DNA from: Eledone cirrhosa
Lineage: Eukaryota
Direction of reading: 5' to 3'
DNA: 64,000 nt
Assembly: GCA_964016885.1 (NCBI GenBank)
Contig: OZ024740.1
Span: forward strand, 226,548,001 to 226,612,000
Shown here: in pieces, positions 42,258 to 54,739 of the stretch
Position numbering within the stretch: the first letter of the stretch is position 1
Layout of the letters: every line of letters begins with the position of its first letter
Position numbers and translations under genes: made by a program
Notes under the pieces: generated by a model
Databases searched by the model: none
What the model was told of the DNA's origin: nothing
The model's input: only the letters and a program-made list of their open reading frames with translations

Positions 42258-42918
42258 CATCATCATCATCATCACCGTTTTACGTCCGTTCTTCCACGCT
42301 AGCATGGGTTAGACGGGTTGTCCTGTTGTGGGCAGTGTCTGGTCGGCTGACCATGCCTTGCTCATACAGGAACTGATCTGGCTTGATTTCTACAGCTGGA
42401 TGCCCTTCCTAACACCAACCTCATTTACAGTGAGTGCTGGGTGCTTTTTCGTGGCGCCTACACGTCCACTTTACAGTGTGGGCTGGGTGCTTTTTTGCCG
42501 TGGAGATATATATACACACATATATTTATATATATATATATATAAATATATATATATATCCATGAGTATATTATATTTTATGTATGTAAAGTAAGACCAT
42601 GCGATAAGAGAAACAATAGATTTATTAATAGAGAGCAGGAACAATAAACACAGAGCATTTCTCTCCCTGCCTGTCTCTCTCTCCCTATCCCTCTCTTTCT
42701 CTCTCTCTCTCTCTCTGTAGAAATAACATGACACATTTGAAAGTAAAACTTCAAATGGCTTAGTCAACAAAATTGATAAGAAGTGTAGGTGTCGGTGTTG
42801 GTGTTGTATGTCAAAGGAATTCTAGCAAACACATAAGTCTATCACACAAACAATCAACACCGCAAACATACATATATATATATATATGTCTCTGTGTGTA
42901 TATATATATATAAATGTG

Positions 42919-43074
<156 letters not shown>

Positions 43075-43226
43075 TATATATATATATATATATATAATAT
43101 ATAAGATCAAAAGATGGTTAAATGATCTTATATATTATGTATACTCCAGTCCTACAAACTGTAGAGTGCTTCTTATCCGATATCTGCATTGCTTTATTGT
43201 ACTACAATAAAACTCACCTCCTACAC

Positions 43227-43259
<33 letters not shown>

Positions 43260-43299
43260 TATATGCATATGTATATGCATATATGTATATGTACATATC

Positions 43300-43330
<31 letters not shown>

Positions 43331-43845
43331 GCATATTTATATATATATACAAGACAATAAACAAAACACACACGCATTAACAGACATACATATGGGAAAA
43401 AGAGAATGAGGGATTGAGAGAGAGAGAAGGGGGTGTCTTGGTAATACAATATGATACAGAGTAGTGCTAACATATTTTTCCAGACTTTACAACCACTACA
43501 TTAATTTCCCTGTGTTTGTTGTTTCTCTATAACAGCAACTGCTATCTATAATCAGCTATTTCATAGTAAAACTGTAAGCTATATAGTGCAATAGAAAGGT
43601 GGCAGGTATGTCTCCTTCAGTACACCGCTGCATTCAGCCTCTGTGTGCAATGTGCAGTGTGTGCATTGTGTGCAGTGTGGTTTGGTGCTGCTACTTTTAC
43701 TTTCTGCTGTCACCTACTTTTTAGCAAACCTTAGTTTTCCTCTCTTTCTCTCTCTCACTAACTCTCTCACGCTCTCTTGCTTTCTCTATTGCTTAGCCTT
43801 TCATTCTCTTATACTTATACACGTGTGTGCATATATGTAAGTATG

Positions 43846-43907
<62 letters not shown>

Positions 43908-43975
43908 GATATATGGCGTCAGCCGGATGGCTGGAACAGGTAAAAGAGTATATATATATGGAGTATATATATATA

Positions 43976-44585
43976 TGGTGGCTGCCAACTCGTTTTCGAG
44001 TACGGCCACTACTTTATATCCATGTAGGAGAACCCCTACCGATGCGCTGAACGAGTGTCACTTTTTAGTCCAGCCAGCGACTTGAAAACTCTGGTACAAA
44101 CACTACACTTGTGACAATTATTGACACATAGTGCTGGGCCCATGGTACCATGTGACGACAAGTGCAGAGAGATCTCCAGATATAAAGCAATGCCTGTGCC
44201 GTGAAGCTTTTATAGTGAGCAAAGGCACTGCACAAAGCCAGTCCCACTCTCTTAACCAAGATGATATTTACCAAAAAGAAGAACAAGTCAACATCATTGG
44301 ATACCATCAGAGTTGCAGGTGTTATATCAGAGTTTTCCTTCTCCTAGAATTCTGCCTTGACAAAGGCTAAGGGGTCATCTCTCCCGGTGATATTGGATGG
44401 CCATTGACTCTTAAGAGATCCTTTGCCCTTTGACAGGTTTTGTTTTTAGTCCTGCAGGATGTCCAAAGTCACCCTCCTCACCAAGAAACCTTGGTGGGGT
44501 TGTCAGTTTAGTCGCCAACGACCCGACCATGAGACAGGTTGTACTGGGATACATGTGACCAGTAGCACCAACTGGTGACCTGACA
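43976..44585 (-). mobile_element. Non-autonomous RTE-derived element (LINE 5' UTR plus LINE 3' hairpin, no ORF)
   Basis: Minus strand of 44187-44388 aligns with LINE 50241-50464. Its 3' end TGGCCGTACTCGAAAACGAGTTGGCAGCCACCA(TA)n matches LINE 54341-54373. Confidence 0.85.
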
Positions 44586-44616
44586 TATATATACATACAT
44601 ATATATATACACATAT

Positions 44617-44671
<55 letters not shown>

Positions 44672-44719
44672 CACATATATATAGATACACACACATATAT
44701 ATATATATATATGTGTATG

Positions 44720-44890
44720 TGTAGAAAGACCTGGGTTGAGGAGGTGAGATCTGACCTAAAATTGCTAAGATATACAGAGGGGATTATGAAGGAACACACT
44801 GAGTGGAGAGATGCTGTGCTGAGAAGGACCCGTACAACCCATGCAAGCATAGGAAAATGGACGTATAAATGATGATGGTGATGATGATAT
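44720..44890 (+). mobile_element. RTE-type LINE 3' end fragment
   Basis: [31 protein letters not shown] followed by an (ATG)n tail. Confidence 0.7.
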
Positions 44891-44967
44891 ACCACCTATA
44901 GTAATTTAATATTACCTGCCAACTGACACTATATGTATATATGTGTGTGTGTATGTATTTGTGTGCG

Positions 44968-45002
<35 letters not shown>

Positions 45003-45068
45003 GCATGTATGTATGTTTTGTATATATGTATCTATGTATGCATGTATGTATGTATATATTTATGCATA

Positions 45069-45111
<43 letters not shown>

Positions 45112-45803
45112 CTATGTATAAACTCATGCTCGCGTAGAAGATAGACATTAAACGATATATATGTATGTATGTATATATATATATATATGTGTGTGTGTTT
45201 GTGTGTTAGTTATTTATTTATATATGTATCGTGTGTGTGAGTGTATTTCATCATCATCATCCTCATTTTTACACTGTCTTTTACATTGTTTACATGTGTT
45301 GGAAGGGACCTTCGAGGCAGGTTTTCTATGTCTTCATTCTCTTCTTGATGCCAACCCATACTGTAGTTAAAGTATGATATAAACTGCTGATGATTATTGA
45401 GCCAACATACACACATGCACACATATATTCACACACACACAATCTTATTATTCATTTATCTTGGGTTATATATATAGATAGATGTATATATTACGGTGGT
45501 GGATTGGCAGTATCGGTAGAATGTCAGACAAATGCTTTGCTGTATTTAGCTATGACTTTCTACGTGCTGAGTTCAAATTCTGCCAAAGTCAACTTTGCTT
45601 TTTATCCTTCTGGGGTTGATAAAATAAAGTACCGGTAATCTCGTGAAGGTTAATTTTGCCTTTCATCCTTATGGGGTCAATACAATAAAGTACCAGTAAT
45701 GTACTGGGTAATTGCTGGCCTGTGCCAAAAATAGAAACAATTATAATCAACTTTCCCCTCTTCCAAATTACTAGCCTTGAGCCAAAATGAAAAAATATTG
45801 TAT

Positions 45804-46097
45804 CATCATCATCATCATTTTACGTCCACGGCAACTGATTCTGGCTTGATTTCTACAGCTGGATGCCCTTCCTAACACCAACCTCATTTACAGTGAGAGC
45901 TGGGTGCTTTTTCTCGTGGCTCCTCCACGACCACTTTGCAATGGAATGATAGGGACCCCAGTCCCTATCATCTCATTTCTACAGCTGAGTAAACTGGAGC
46001 AATGGGAAATAAAATGTCTTGCTCAAGGAAACAAGAATTGAACTCACAACCTTTCGATTGTAAGCCCAATGCTCTAACCACTAAGCTATGTGCCTCC
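45804..46097 (-). mobile_element. SINE family A copy with internal deletions
   Basis: Matches family A. Confidence 0.8.
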
Positions 46098-46139
46098 ATA
46101 TATATCTATATATAGTGAATTTGTGTGTATGTATGTATA

Positions 46140-46171
<32 letters not shown>

Positions 46172-46526
46172 ATGTATATATGTATATACATATGTAAATA
46201 TATGTGTGTATATGTATATATATGTGTGTGTATATGTATATACACACACATGCACACATAAACATATATATATACATATGTTTACAGAGTTAACACTCCT
46301 TTGATCCTAGATCAGGGATCAGCAAGTTTGTAGTGGCTCAATTTTGATCTTTTTTTTTTTGCTCATGTCTTAGATGTATATTATATTATTTGAATAAGAC
46401 TAAGGATCACTGAAAATACCTCAATGGACCACTTGTTCTTCCCTGTCTAGATTATCTTATTCACAACTAGTTGTAATGTGTATATATATATATATGTATA
46501 TATATATGTGTATATATATATATATA

Positions 46527-46706
46527 CGTTATTCCGGGTTAAATTGGAGGTAACCACAGTAAGTAAGGTTCTCAATACATAGCAGAGTATAAAAGTTTTA
46601 ATATAGATGAGATTCTACAGGACTAGAACTGTTTCATTCTTTAGAAATCATCAGGATTCCTGATGATTTCTAAAGAATGAAACAGTTCTAGTCCTGTAGA
46701 ATCTCA

Positions 46707-46713
<7 letters not shown>
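46527..46713 (-). mobile_element. Palindromic hammerhead-bearing element, family 1
   Basis: Perfect palindrome 46601-46713 (56-bp arms, 1-nt spacer). The one-sided tail 46527-46600 matches the reverse complement of 10095-10167. Confidence 0.9.
46655..46703 (+). ncRNA. Type I hammerhead ribozyme motif
   Basis: GAUUC-CUGAUGA-U-UUC-UAAA-GAA-U-GAAA-CAG-UUCUAGUC-CUG-UA^GAAUC. Stem I is 5 bp, stem II is 3 bp with a non-canonical U.U closing pair, stem III is 4 bp, and the triplet is GUA. Confidence 0.7.
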
Positions 46714-46747
<34 letters not shown>

Positions 46748-46919
46748 TTCTCTTATTCTTTCATTAGACTGCACCTATGCTAGGGATTTTGTTATCAAGG
46801 GATTTAGTCTATCACACAGAACCAAGTTTTTTTGTTTTTTTTTTCAAGTTTTGTACTTATTTAATCTGTCTTTATTTCTCAAATACAGGAAGAGATAACT
46901 GCACACACACACATACACA

Positions 46920-46960
<41 letters not shown>

Positions 46961-46963
46961 ACA

Positions 46964-47010
<47 letters not shown>

Positions 47011-47020
47011 ATACACACAT

Positions 47021-47065
<45 letters not shown>

Positions 47066-47975
47066 CATGCACATACACACATACTCACATGTATGCATAC
47101 ACGGTATCTGTCCACCAAATTTCACACACGAGGAATTACTCAACCTAAGGTTATAATAGATGAAACTAAACCCAGGTTCCATGTAGTGGGACTGAACCTG
47201 AAACCACATGGTTGTGAAATGAACTCCTTAACCATACATCATTATCATCATAATAAAGACGGCAAACGATTGACAAGATACCAGGCCAAGTGGGGTGGAA
47301 CTAGTTGAATCAGACCAAGGAAGCAATGTTTCTATTGGTCATTCCATTACTGATACTATCCACTGGCAGAAAGTGCAATGTAAAATAAAGTCTCTTACTC
47401 AAGGACATAATGTATCACCCAGTCCAGAAATCGAACTTGCAACTTCATGATTGTGTTTCCAATTCTCTAATCACTAAGCCAAGTAACTTCACTAAATGAT
47501 CCACTTTTGCATGCTTGCATGGTTTTCACATAATTTCACGGCAGTGTTTTACAGTTAGACACCCTTCCTGATTGAAACCATTTTAATCACATTTTATGAC
47601 ATTCAATGATATCTTTGTACCTATTATATCCACACAGCTTTATATACATTTTTATGTTTAGAAATAACATAAAAAAAACATACTGAGTTGATGGTGTAGA
47701 GATGATATATTGGGAGGGGGAGGGGGATGATTTAGTGATTGCTACTTGGATTTTAAAATATGTAAAATATACACATGATTGGTCAGACAATATGGAGTGA
47801 ATAAATCTCTATCAATAAAGTGCAATATAGGTCAGTTCCCACTGGTCAAGGTGGGTGACTTGATTGTGTGTTCTTGGTTGAAGGAAACTGAAATTGCGTA
47901 AAGAGAAGACTAGCAAGTCCAAGTTTGAAATGATGAAGTATAACTATAATGATGATGATGATGATGATGATAATG

Positions 47976-48017
<42 letters not shown>

Positions 48018-48307
48018 CACACAGACTTTACAAGATGGCCAACTGAATATGCATGTGTGATTTTTTTCTTTCCCTTTGTTTTCACCCTTTATCCCCATTC
48101 CTTCTTCTTATCGCTCTTTACTATCTATTTTACTATATTTCTAACTCTATATTCTGTGAAGGACTAATGTCCAAAACGTCATGACTCTCTTCTTGCTATT
48201 TCAAGCATTAAACTAATATATTTCTTCCATGTACTGTGCAGTTTGATTTGTTATTTCTATTTATCTTTTACATACGCACACACACACATATATATATATA
48301 TATAATG

Positions 48308-48583
48308 TCTAAAGTCTGTCTTAAGCCAGAAGGCCATTTGGCTGGTGCTTATCCTAGTTTTATGGCGTGAAGTGACTGAGAGTACACGACTCCCCCTGGG
48401 CGGGATACCAGTCCATTGCAGGGTTAAACCTCCAGCTATTGCTGGTACTCATTTTCAGCTGAGTATACTGGAGCAACGGGAAATGAAGTGTTTTGCCCAA
48501 TAACATAACACACAACCCAGGAATCAAACCCACGACATTATGATCGTAAGTCCAACACTCTTACCGTTAGGTCACACGCCTGC
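48308..48583 (-). mobile_element. tRNA-derived SINE family C (family-A-like middle, different 3' half)
   Basis: Minus-strand tRNA head, shared TTGCTCCAGT.TACTCAGCTG block, then ACCCTGCAATGGACTGGTATCCCGCCCAGGG and an unrelated tail. Confidence 0.7.
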
Positions 48584-48620
48584 ACTATATATATATATAC
48601 ATATATATATATATACACAT

Positions 48621-48822
48621 ATAACAAAGGAATTGTGGTAAGGAACCAGATGGACCATAATGCACCAGAGTACTCAATACTTAGGGTAGTAGAGTACGAA
48701 ATAGGAAAGAGTATGACCCCGACGGCAGAGCTCAAGCCGTTTCGACAGCTATTTCTGGATTAGTCCAGAAATAGCCGTCGAAACGGCTTGAGCTCTGCCG
48801 TCGGGGTCATACTTTTTCCTAT
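48621..48822 (-). mobile_element. Palindromic hammerhead-like element, family 2
   Basis: 59-bp arms 48701-48759 and 48764-48822 (2 mismatches) plus a one-sided tail, embedded in (TA)n. Confidence 0.9.
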
Positions 48823-48840
48823 ATATATATATATATATAT

Positions 48841-49057
48841 CATCATCATCATCATCATCATCATCATTTTACGTCCGCTTTTCCCTGCTTGCAAGGGTGG
48901 GACGTGTCTTATTCAGCACAGCATCTCTCCACTCGTCACGGTCCCTCGTCATCTCCACCGTGAGCTTCAATGATCTGAGGTCTGTTCTCACCACCTCCGC
49001 CCATGTTTTTCGTGGTCTACCTCTACCACGTCTTCCTTCAACTGGCATTTCCTGGCA

Positions 49058-49059
<2 letters not shown>
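48841..49059 (-). mobile_element. 5'-truncated RTE-type LINE (ORF end plus (ATG)n tail), partner of SINE family A
   Basis: [63 protein letters not shown] followed by (ATG)n. Confidence 0.85.
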
Positions 49060-49103
<44 letters not shown>

Positions 49104-49267
49104 GATATATAGATATATATGTGTATATATATATATATGTATATATATACGTATATATGTGTATGTATATATATACATATATATATGTATATATACATAT
49201 ATATATATGTATATATGTGTGTGTATATATATATATGTATATATATATATATGTATATATGTGAGTG

Positions 49268-49314
<47 letters not shown>

Positions 49315-49916
49315 GTATATATATATACACATACACATACACACACACACATGAAACAAACACACACACACACATTTACATACACACACATATATATCAT
49401 GTTACCTAATTCTTTCCACTAACTTTTCTCCAAGCATTGTCACGCTGCTTTTCTACTAACAGCAGTCTTTACCCATTTATAAACTGTGTCTTGTAAATGT
49501 TTCTATGTATGCGTGTAAGTATACATGCGTGTGCATGTGTAAGTGTGCATGTGTAAGTGTGTGTGTGTGTAAGTGTGTGTGTCGTATTTTAATTTCATCT
49601 TCGTGAATTTGGTAACGTATGTGATGATTGTGTGTTTCTATGTATAGTTGCATGTTTTTCTATGTCTGCGTGTAAATGCATGCCTGCATGTGTGCATGCA
49701 TGCACATACTTTCTCTGAGTATAAGCACGTGCATGGTGTTTAAGTGATGATAACAGCCTGCATGCATGTCTCATTTTGTGCTTATATATATATATATATA
49801 TACAATATATATATATAATATGTGTGTGTGCGTATATGTATACATATATATATATGTATATATATGTATATATATGTATATATATATGTGTGTGTATGTA
49901 TATGTGTATATATGTG

Positions 49917-49947
<31 letters not shown>

Positions 49948-50190
49948 GTATATGTATATATGTATATGTATATATGTGTGTATGTACATGTGTATATATA
50001 TGTATATATGTATATGTATATATATGTGTGTATGTACATGTGTATATATATGTATATATGTATATATGTGTGTATGTACATGTGTATATATATGTATTTT
50101 TTTTATGTATATATGTATATATGTATATATGTATATATGTGTGTATGTACATGTGTATATATATATATTTTTTTTTTTTTTTTTTCTTTT

Positions 50191-50493
50191 GCGCGGGGAC
50201 ATAGAAATAATCGGGCTGGATGCCCGATCGCGCAGTTAAACCACTGGGAGTGAAGAACCCCTAGCCCATGTCAGGGTATTCTTCTAGGAGAAGGCATCTC
50301 AGGAAACTGGGTTAACTCCGATATAAAACCTGCGGCTCAGTAGTTACCGATGATGTTGATCTTTTCTTCTTTTCGGGTTATAGCTACTGTCGCTCAGAGA
50401 GTGGGATTGGTTCAGTGCACAGTCTTTCCTCACTTTAAAAATATTCGTCACGCACAGGCATTGCACGAGTGCATTAATAATTATTAATAGTGT

Positions 50494-50528
<35 letters not shown>

Positions 50529-50533
50529 TATTA

Positions 50534-50566
<33 letters not shown>

Positions 50567-53500
50567 CCCAATTCAATGATGTTCCAGAACAATGTAAACG
50601 AGATAATTGCCAATTTGGGTTCTGGAACAAAAAAGATCATTGGCAATAAGGGCAGGGGCCCCAAGTTATCACAACCTGGGCCCGCCCGTCATCGTGCCAT
50701 TGTAATAGAGCCAAACAGGGCATTTAGTCTTGGCTGCTGGAACGTACGGACGCTGCTTGACAGGGATTCTTTGGAGCGTCCTGAACGAAGGACCGCTCTT
50801 GTTGCGAAGGAGCTTCGACGTTACGATCTTGACATCGTGGCTTTGTCTGAGACGAGGTTAGCTGGAGATGGTCATCTTACGGAATTTTGTGGAGAATATA
50901 CATTCTTCTGGAAAGGAAGAGATGAAGGAACCAGAAGAGAGGCTGGGGTAGGATTTGCTGTTAAGACTGTACTGGTGAATAAATTGGAAGAATTCCCAGT
51001 GGGGATTAGTGAGCGTCTTATGTCCATGAGAGTTCCGCTGGACAAGGGAAGATATGCTACCCTGGTGAGTGTGTATGCTCCAACTATGAATTCTGTCGAT
51101 GAAGAAAAACTGTCCTTTTACCATGCCTTGAAAGGTGTTTTAAGAAATATCCCTCAGGCAGACAAAGTCATCGTGCTTGGTGACTTTAATGCTAGAGTGG
51201 GTAGGGATTTTAACACATGGAATGTAATCGGAAGGCATGGGGTGGGAAAGTGTAACAGCAATGGTATGCTCTTGCTGCAGATGTGTGAGGAGCTGGATCT
51301 GTGTGTTACCAACACCATGTTCCAACAAAAGAACAAATTCAAGACCACATGGATGCATCCTGCATCTAAGGAATGGCATCTTTTGGACTACGTCCTAGTC
51401 AGGATGCGTGACAGACAGGATGTGCGGTGTGTTCGTGTTCTTCGTGGAGCTGAGTGCTGGACGGACCACCGCCTGGTACGCGCAAAAGTGAATCTAATCA
51501 CCAAACGTAAAATCCGGGCTCCTGGTGTTACCCTGCCCAAAAGATTGAATGCTGCTCGTCTTAAGGATAAAAATGTGAAGAGGACATTGGAAGAAGAGAT
51601 GCAGGCTGCAGATCTTGGTGAGGATTGGCCGACCCTTAAAAAGTCGGTTTATGATGTAGGCAGACGTGTTCTGGGATTGGTGCAGAGAAAACATCAGGAC
51701 TGGTTTAATGAGAAAGATGTGCATATAGATGACTTGTTGGCTGATAAGAGGCGCGCTCTGTCACGCTACTTGACGGCAAGACCACAGGAGAGGAATACGT
51801 TGCATGAGGAGCTCAGGGATGTAAAATCACGTGTTAGGCGGAGTCTTTCTCAGATGAAGGATCAGTGGTGGAGTGAGAAGGCTGGTGAGATACAAACTGC
51901 GTCTGATTGCAATAACACAAAGCTGTTGTACAGTCTCTTGCGTGAGGTTTATGGACCGTCTTCTTCTCTGGTGACACCGATTCGCAGCAGGGATGGCAAA
52001 GAACTTCTTCGTGACTCACAGGGAATTCTACGAAGGTGGCGGGAGCACTTTGATGATCTTTTGAATCAGCCGTCTGTCGTCAGTGAAGATTTCCTCAATC
52101 TCATTCCGGAAAGTCCTGTGAAAGTAGCTCTCGCAGAGCCTCCGACACTTGTGGAGGTTGCAGTGGCTATTTCGAAGCTGAACAGTGGAAGATCTCCAGG
52201 TATGGATGGCATACATGCTGAGCTCCTACAATATGGTGGTGAGAGACTCCTGCAACATCTTCACTCTCTGTTTGGAGGGATATGGGCTAATGAATCCGTG
52301 CCTGAGGACTGGAGAGATGCAGTAATGGTGGTCTTGTACAAGGGAAAGGGTAACAGGAATGATTGTGGGAACTACAGAGGTATATCATTGCTTTCTGTCG
52401 TGGGGAAAGTTTTATGTAGGGTGCTTCTGGACCGTCTGCTGACACACATTGCAGATTGTGTCCTTCCTGAAAGTCAATCTGGTTTTCGTGTTGGACGCGG
52501 CACTACTGATATGATCTTCTCAGCTAGACAGCTCCAGGAGAAGTGCATTGAACAGGGCTTGGATCTGTATCAGGTTTTTGTCGATCTGACAAAGGCTTTC
52601 GATACTGTCAACAGAGATGCATTATGGAAGGTTCTCCAGAAACTTGGTTGCCCTGATAAGTTCCTTGCTTTAGTTAGGTCTTTCCATGACGACATGAAGG
52701 CTTGGGTTAATGTCGGAGGTAACATGTCGGAGCCTATCTCAGTAAAAAATGGAGTGAAACAGGGGGATATTCCAGCACCGACCCTGTTTGCCATATACTT
52801 TGCAATGGTTTTCTGTATTGCATTCAGGAATTGCGAGCATGGTGTTTACATCCGATATCGAACCTCAGGCAGCATATTTAACATCAGGCGCTTTGCTGCG
52901 AAGACAAAAGTATTTACATCAGTCATAAGAGACCTCTTGTATGCAGATGATTGCGATCTTGTAGCGCACACAGAGAGTGATATGCAGCACATTTTGAATG
53001 TATTTTCTGACGCTTGCACTGCCCTGGGTTTGACTGTCAGTCTCAAGAAAACCGTCGTCATGTACCAACCTGCACCTGGTGGGCAGTACACTGAACCAAA
53101 CATCTATGTGTATGGCAAACGACTTGGAGTGGTTGATCAGTTTGTCTACCTGGGAAGCACTGTCAATCGATACGGCAACCTTGACAGTGAAATCTCACTT
53201 AGGATTAGGAAAGCAAGTGATGCTTTCGGAAAGCTAGAAAGGCGACTCTGGGGTCGGCGAGACATATGCAGGAGGACAAAGGTAAAGGTGTACAGGGCAT
53301 GTGTACTCTCTTGTCTTCTTTATGCCTGCGAGACCTGGGTCACATATCGACGCCACCTTAAGCAATTGGAGCGTTTCCATCAGATGTGTCTCAGACGGAT
53401 ACATGGCGTTCGCTGGAGGGACCACATCAGTGATGTCGAGATTTTGGAAAGCTCTATGTGTGACAGTATAGAAGCTCTTGTGCTTAAGCAGCGACTCCGT

Positions 53501-54129
53501 TGGAGTGGTCACCTTGCCAGGATGAAGGATTCTAGAATACCAAAACAACTCTTCTATGGAGAGTTGGTTAAAGGAAAACGACCGCCACATAAACCAAAAA
53601 AGAGGTATAAGGATTCCTTGAAGGCCTCTCTGAAAGACGCTAACATCTCTGCTGATACATGGGAAAATATTGCTGCTGATCGTAATAAATGGAGAAAGAC
53701 TGTATATGAGGGAAAAGTTGCCTTTGAGGCATCTCGAATCGCACACGAGAAAGTAAAGCGGGACGTGAGGAAGGGTATTGCTGTTGCACTTCCAGACGGC
53801 GAGGGTCCTCCTATGTTTCTGACATGCAGCGTCTGTGCGAGACTCTGCCTAAGCAAAGCTGGACTCGAAAGTCATCTTCGCAGTCATAAAGTAAGACCAG
53901 TGGTTGACTACCAGGCTGCAGTTGGAGATGCTACTCATCATGCTTGCCAAACATGTGGTAGAGAATGTAAATCAGCAGGAGGACTCAAGCGACATGCAAA
54001 AGTACACGAACTCCAACCACAGCCGACTATTCCCAGTAAATGTTTTGGTTGCCGACTCTGTGCAAGACATTTTGGATCATTGGCTGGGCTAAAAAGCCAC
54101 ATTCGATCGCAGCACTGTTAGTTGCTATC

Positions 54130-54169
<40 letters not shown>

Positions 54170-54248
54170 GCTTATGTGCGTGCGTGTGTGTGTATATATA
54201 TATGAATATGTATATTATTATTGTTGTTGTCGTTATTATTATTATTGC

Positions 54249-54335
<87 letters not shown>

Positions 54336-54373
54336 TGCAATGGCCATACTCGATAACGAGGGGGCAGCCATCA
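50191..54373 (+). mobile_element. Full-length RTE (BovB-like) non-LTR retrotransposon inserted in a (TA)n-rich tract
   Basis: Structured 5' UTR containing CTAGGAGAAGG, a single intact ORF, and a 3' stem-loop followed by (TA)n. GC content is visibly higher than the flanks. Confidence 0.92.
50576..54121 (+). CDS. RTE LINE polyprotein: APE endonuclease, reverse transcriptase and 3 C2H2 zinc fingers (1181 aa)
   Basis: EN motifs [51 protein letters not shown] motifs [38 protein letters not shown]. Three C-x2-C-x12-H-x3/4-H fingers. No stops or frameshifts. Confidence 0.96.
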   Translation: MMFQNNVNEIIANLGSGTKKIIGNKGRGPKLSQPGPARHRAIVIEPNRAFSLGCWNVRTLLDRDSLERPERRTALVAKELRRYDLDIVALSETRLAGDGHLTEFCGEYTFFWKGRDEGTRREAGVGFAVKTVLVNKLEEFPVGISERLMSMRVPLDKGRYATLVSVYAPTMNSVDEEKLSFYHALKGVLRNIPQADKVIVLGDFNARVGRDFNTWNVIGRHGVGKCNSNGMLLLQMCEELDLCVTNTMFQQKNKFKTTWMHPASKEWHLLDYVLVRMRDRQDVRCVRVLRGAECWTDHRLVRAKVNLITKRKIRAPGVTLPKRLNAARLKDKNVKRTLEEEMQAADLGEDWPTLKKSVYDVGRRVLGLVQRKHQDWFNEKDVHIDDLLADKRRALSRYLTARPQERNTLHEELRDVKSRVRRSLSQMKDQWWSEKAGEIQTASDCNNTKLLYSLLREVYGPSSSLVTPIRSRDGKELLRDSQGILRRWREHFDDLLNQPSVVSEDFLNLIPESPVKVALAEPPTLVEVAVAISKLNSGRSPGMDGIHAELLQYGGERLLQHLHSLFGGIWANESVPEDWRDAVMVVLYKGKGNRNDCGNYRGISLLSVVGKVLCRVLLDRLLTHIADCVLPESQSGFRVGRGTTDMIFSARQLQEKCIEQGLDLYQVFVDLTKAFDTVNRDALWKVLQKLGCPDKFLALVRSFHDDMKAWVNVGGNMSEPISVKNGVKQGDIPAPTLFAIYFAMVFCIAFRNCEHGVYIRYRTSGSIFNIRRFAAKTKVFTSVIRDLLYADDCDLVAHTESDMQHILNVFSDACTALGLTVSLKKTVVMYQPAPGGQYTEPNIYVYGKRLGVVDQFVYLGSTVNRYGNLDSEISLRIRKASDAFGKLERRLWGRRDICRRTKVKVYRACVLSCLLYACETWVTYRRHLKQLERFHQMCLRRIHGVRWRDHISDVEILESSMCDSIEALVLKQRLRWSGHLARMKDSRIPKQLFYGELVKGKRPPHKPKKRYKDSLKASLKDANISADTWENIAADRNKWRKTVYEGKVAFEASRIAHEKVKRDVRKGIAVALPDGEGPPMFLTCSVCARLCLSKAGLESHLRSHKVRPVVDYQAAVGDATHHACQTCGRECKSAGGLKRHAKVHELQPQPTIPSKCFGCRLCARHFGSLAGLKSHIRSQHC

Positions 54374-54459
54374 TATATATGTATATATGTATGTATATAT
54401 ATGTATATGTATATATGTATATGTATATATATATATGCATATGTATATATATATGTGTG

Positions 54460-54568
<109 letters not shown>

Positions 54569-54739
54569 AAACTCCTATTGATATACACATTCAAATACGT
54601 GACCATCACCTCCAAAAATAATGTGAAGATTTTCATACCATCACCAACACCCCAGTGTCATAATCATCATCATCATCATCATCATCATTATTTTTAACAC
54701 TTTCACTACTACCTCTAATAATAATGTTACAGTTGTGCT

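Noticed and set aside
44470-44585. HDV-like ribozyme at the 5' end of the RTE-derived element (and at LINE 50191-50260)
   Set aside because: RTE elements can carry HDV-like ribozymes, and a GG-GUCG/CGAC-UAA-like segment is present. However, I could not build consistent P1, P3/L3 and P2 helices in both copies. An RNArobo search would settle it.
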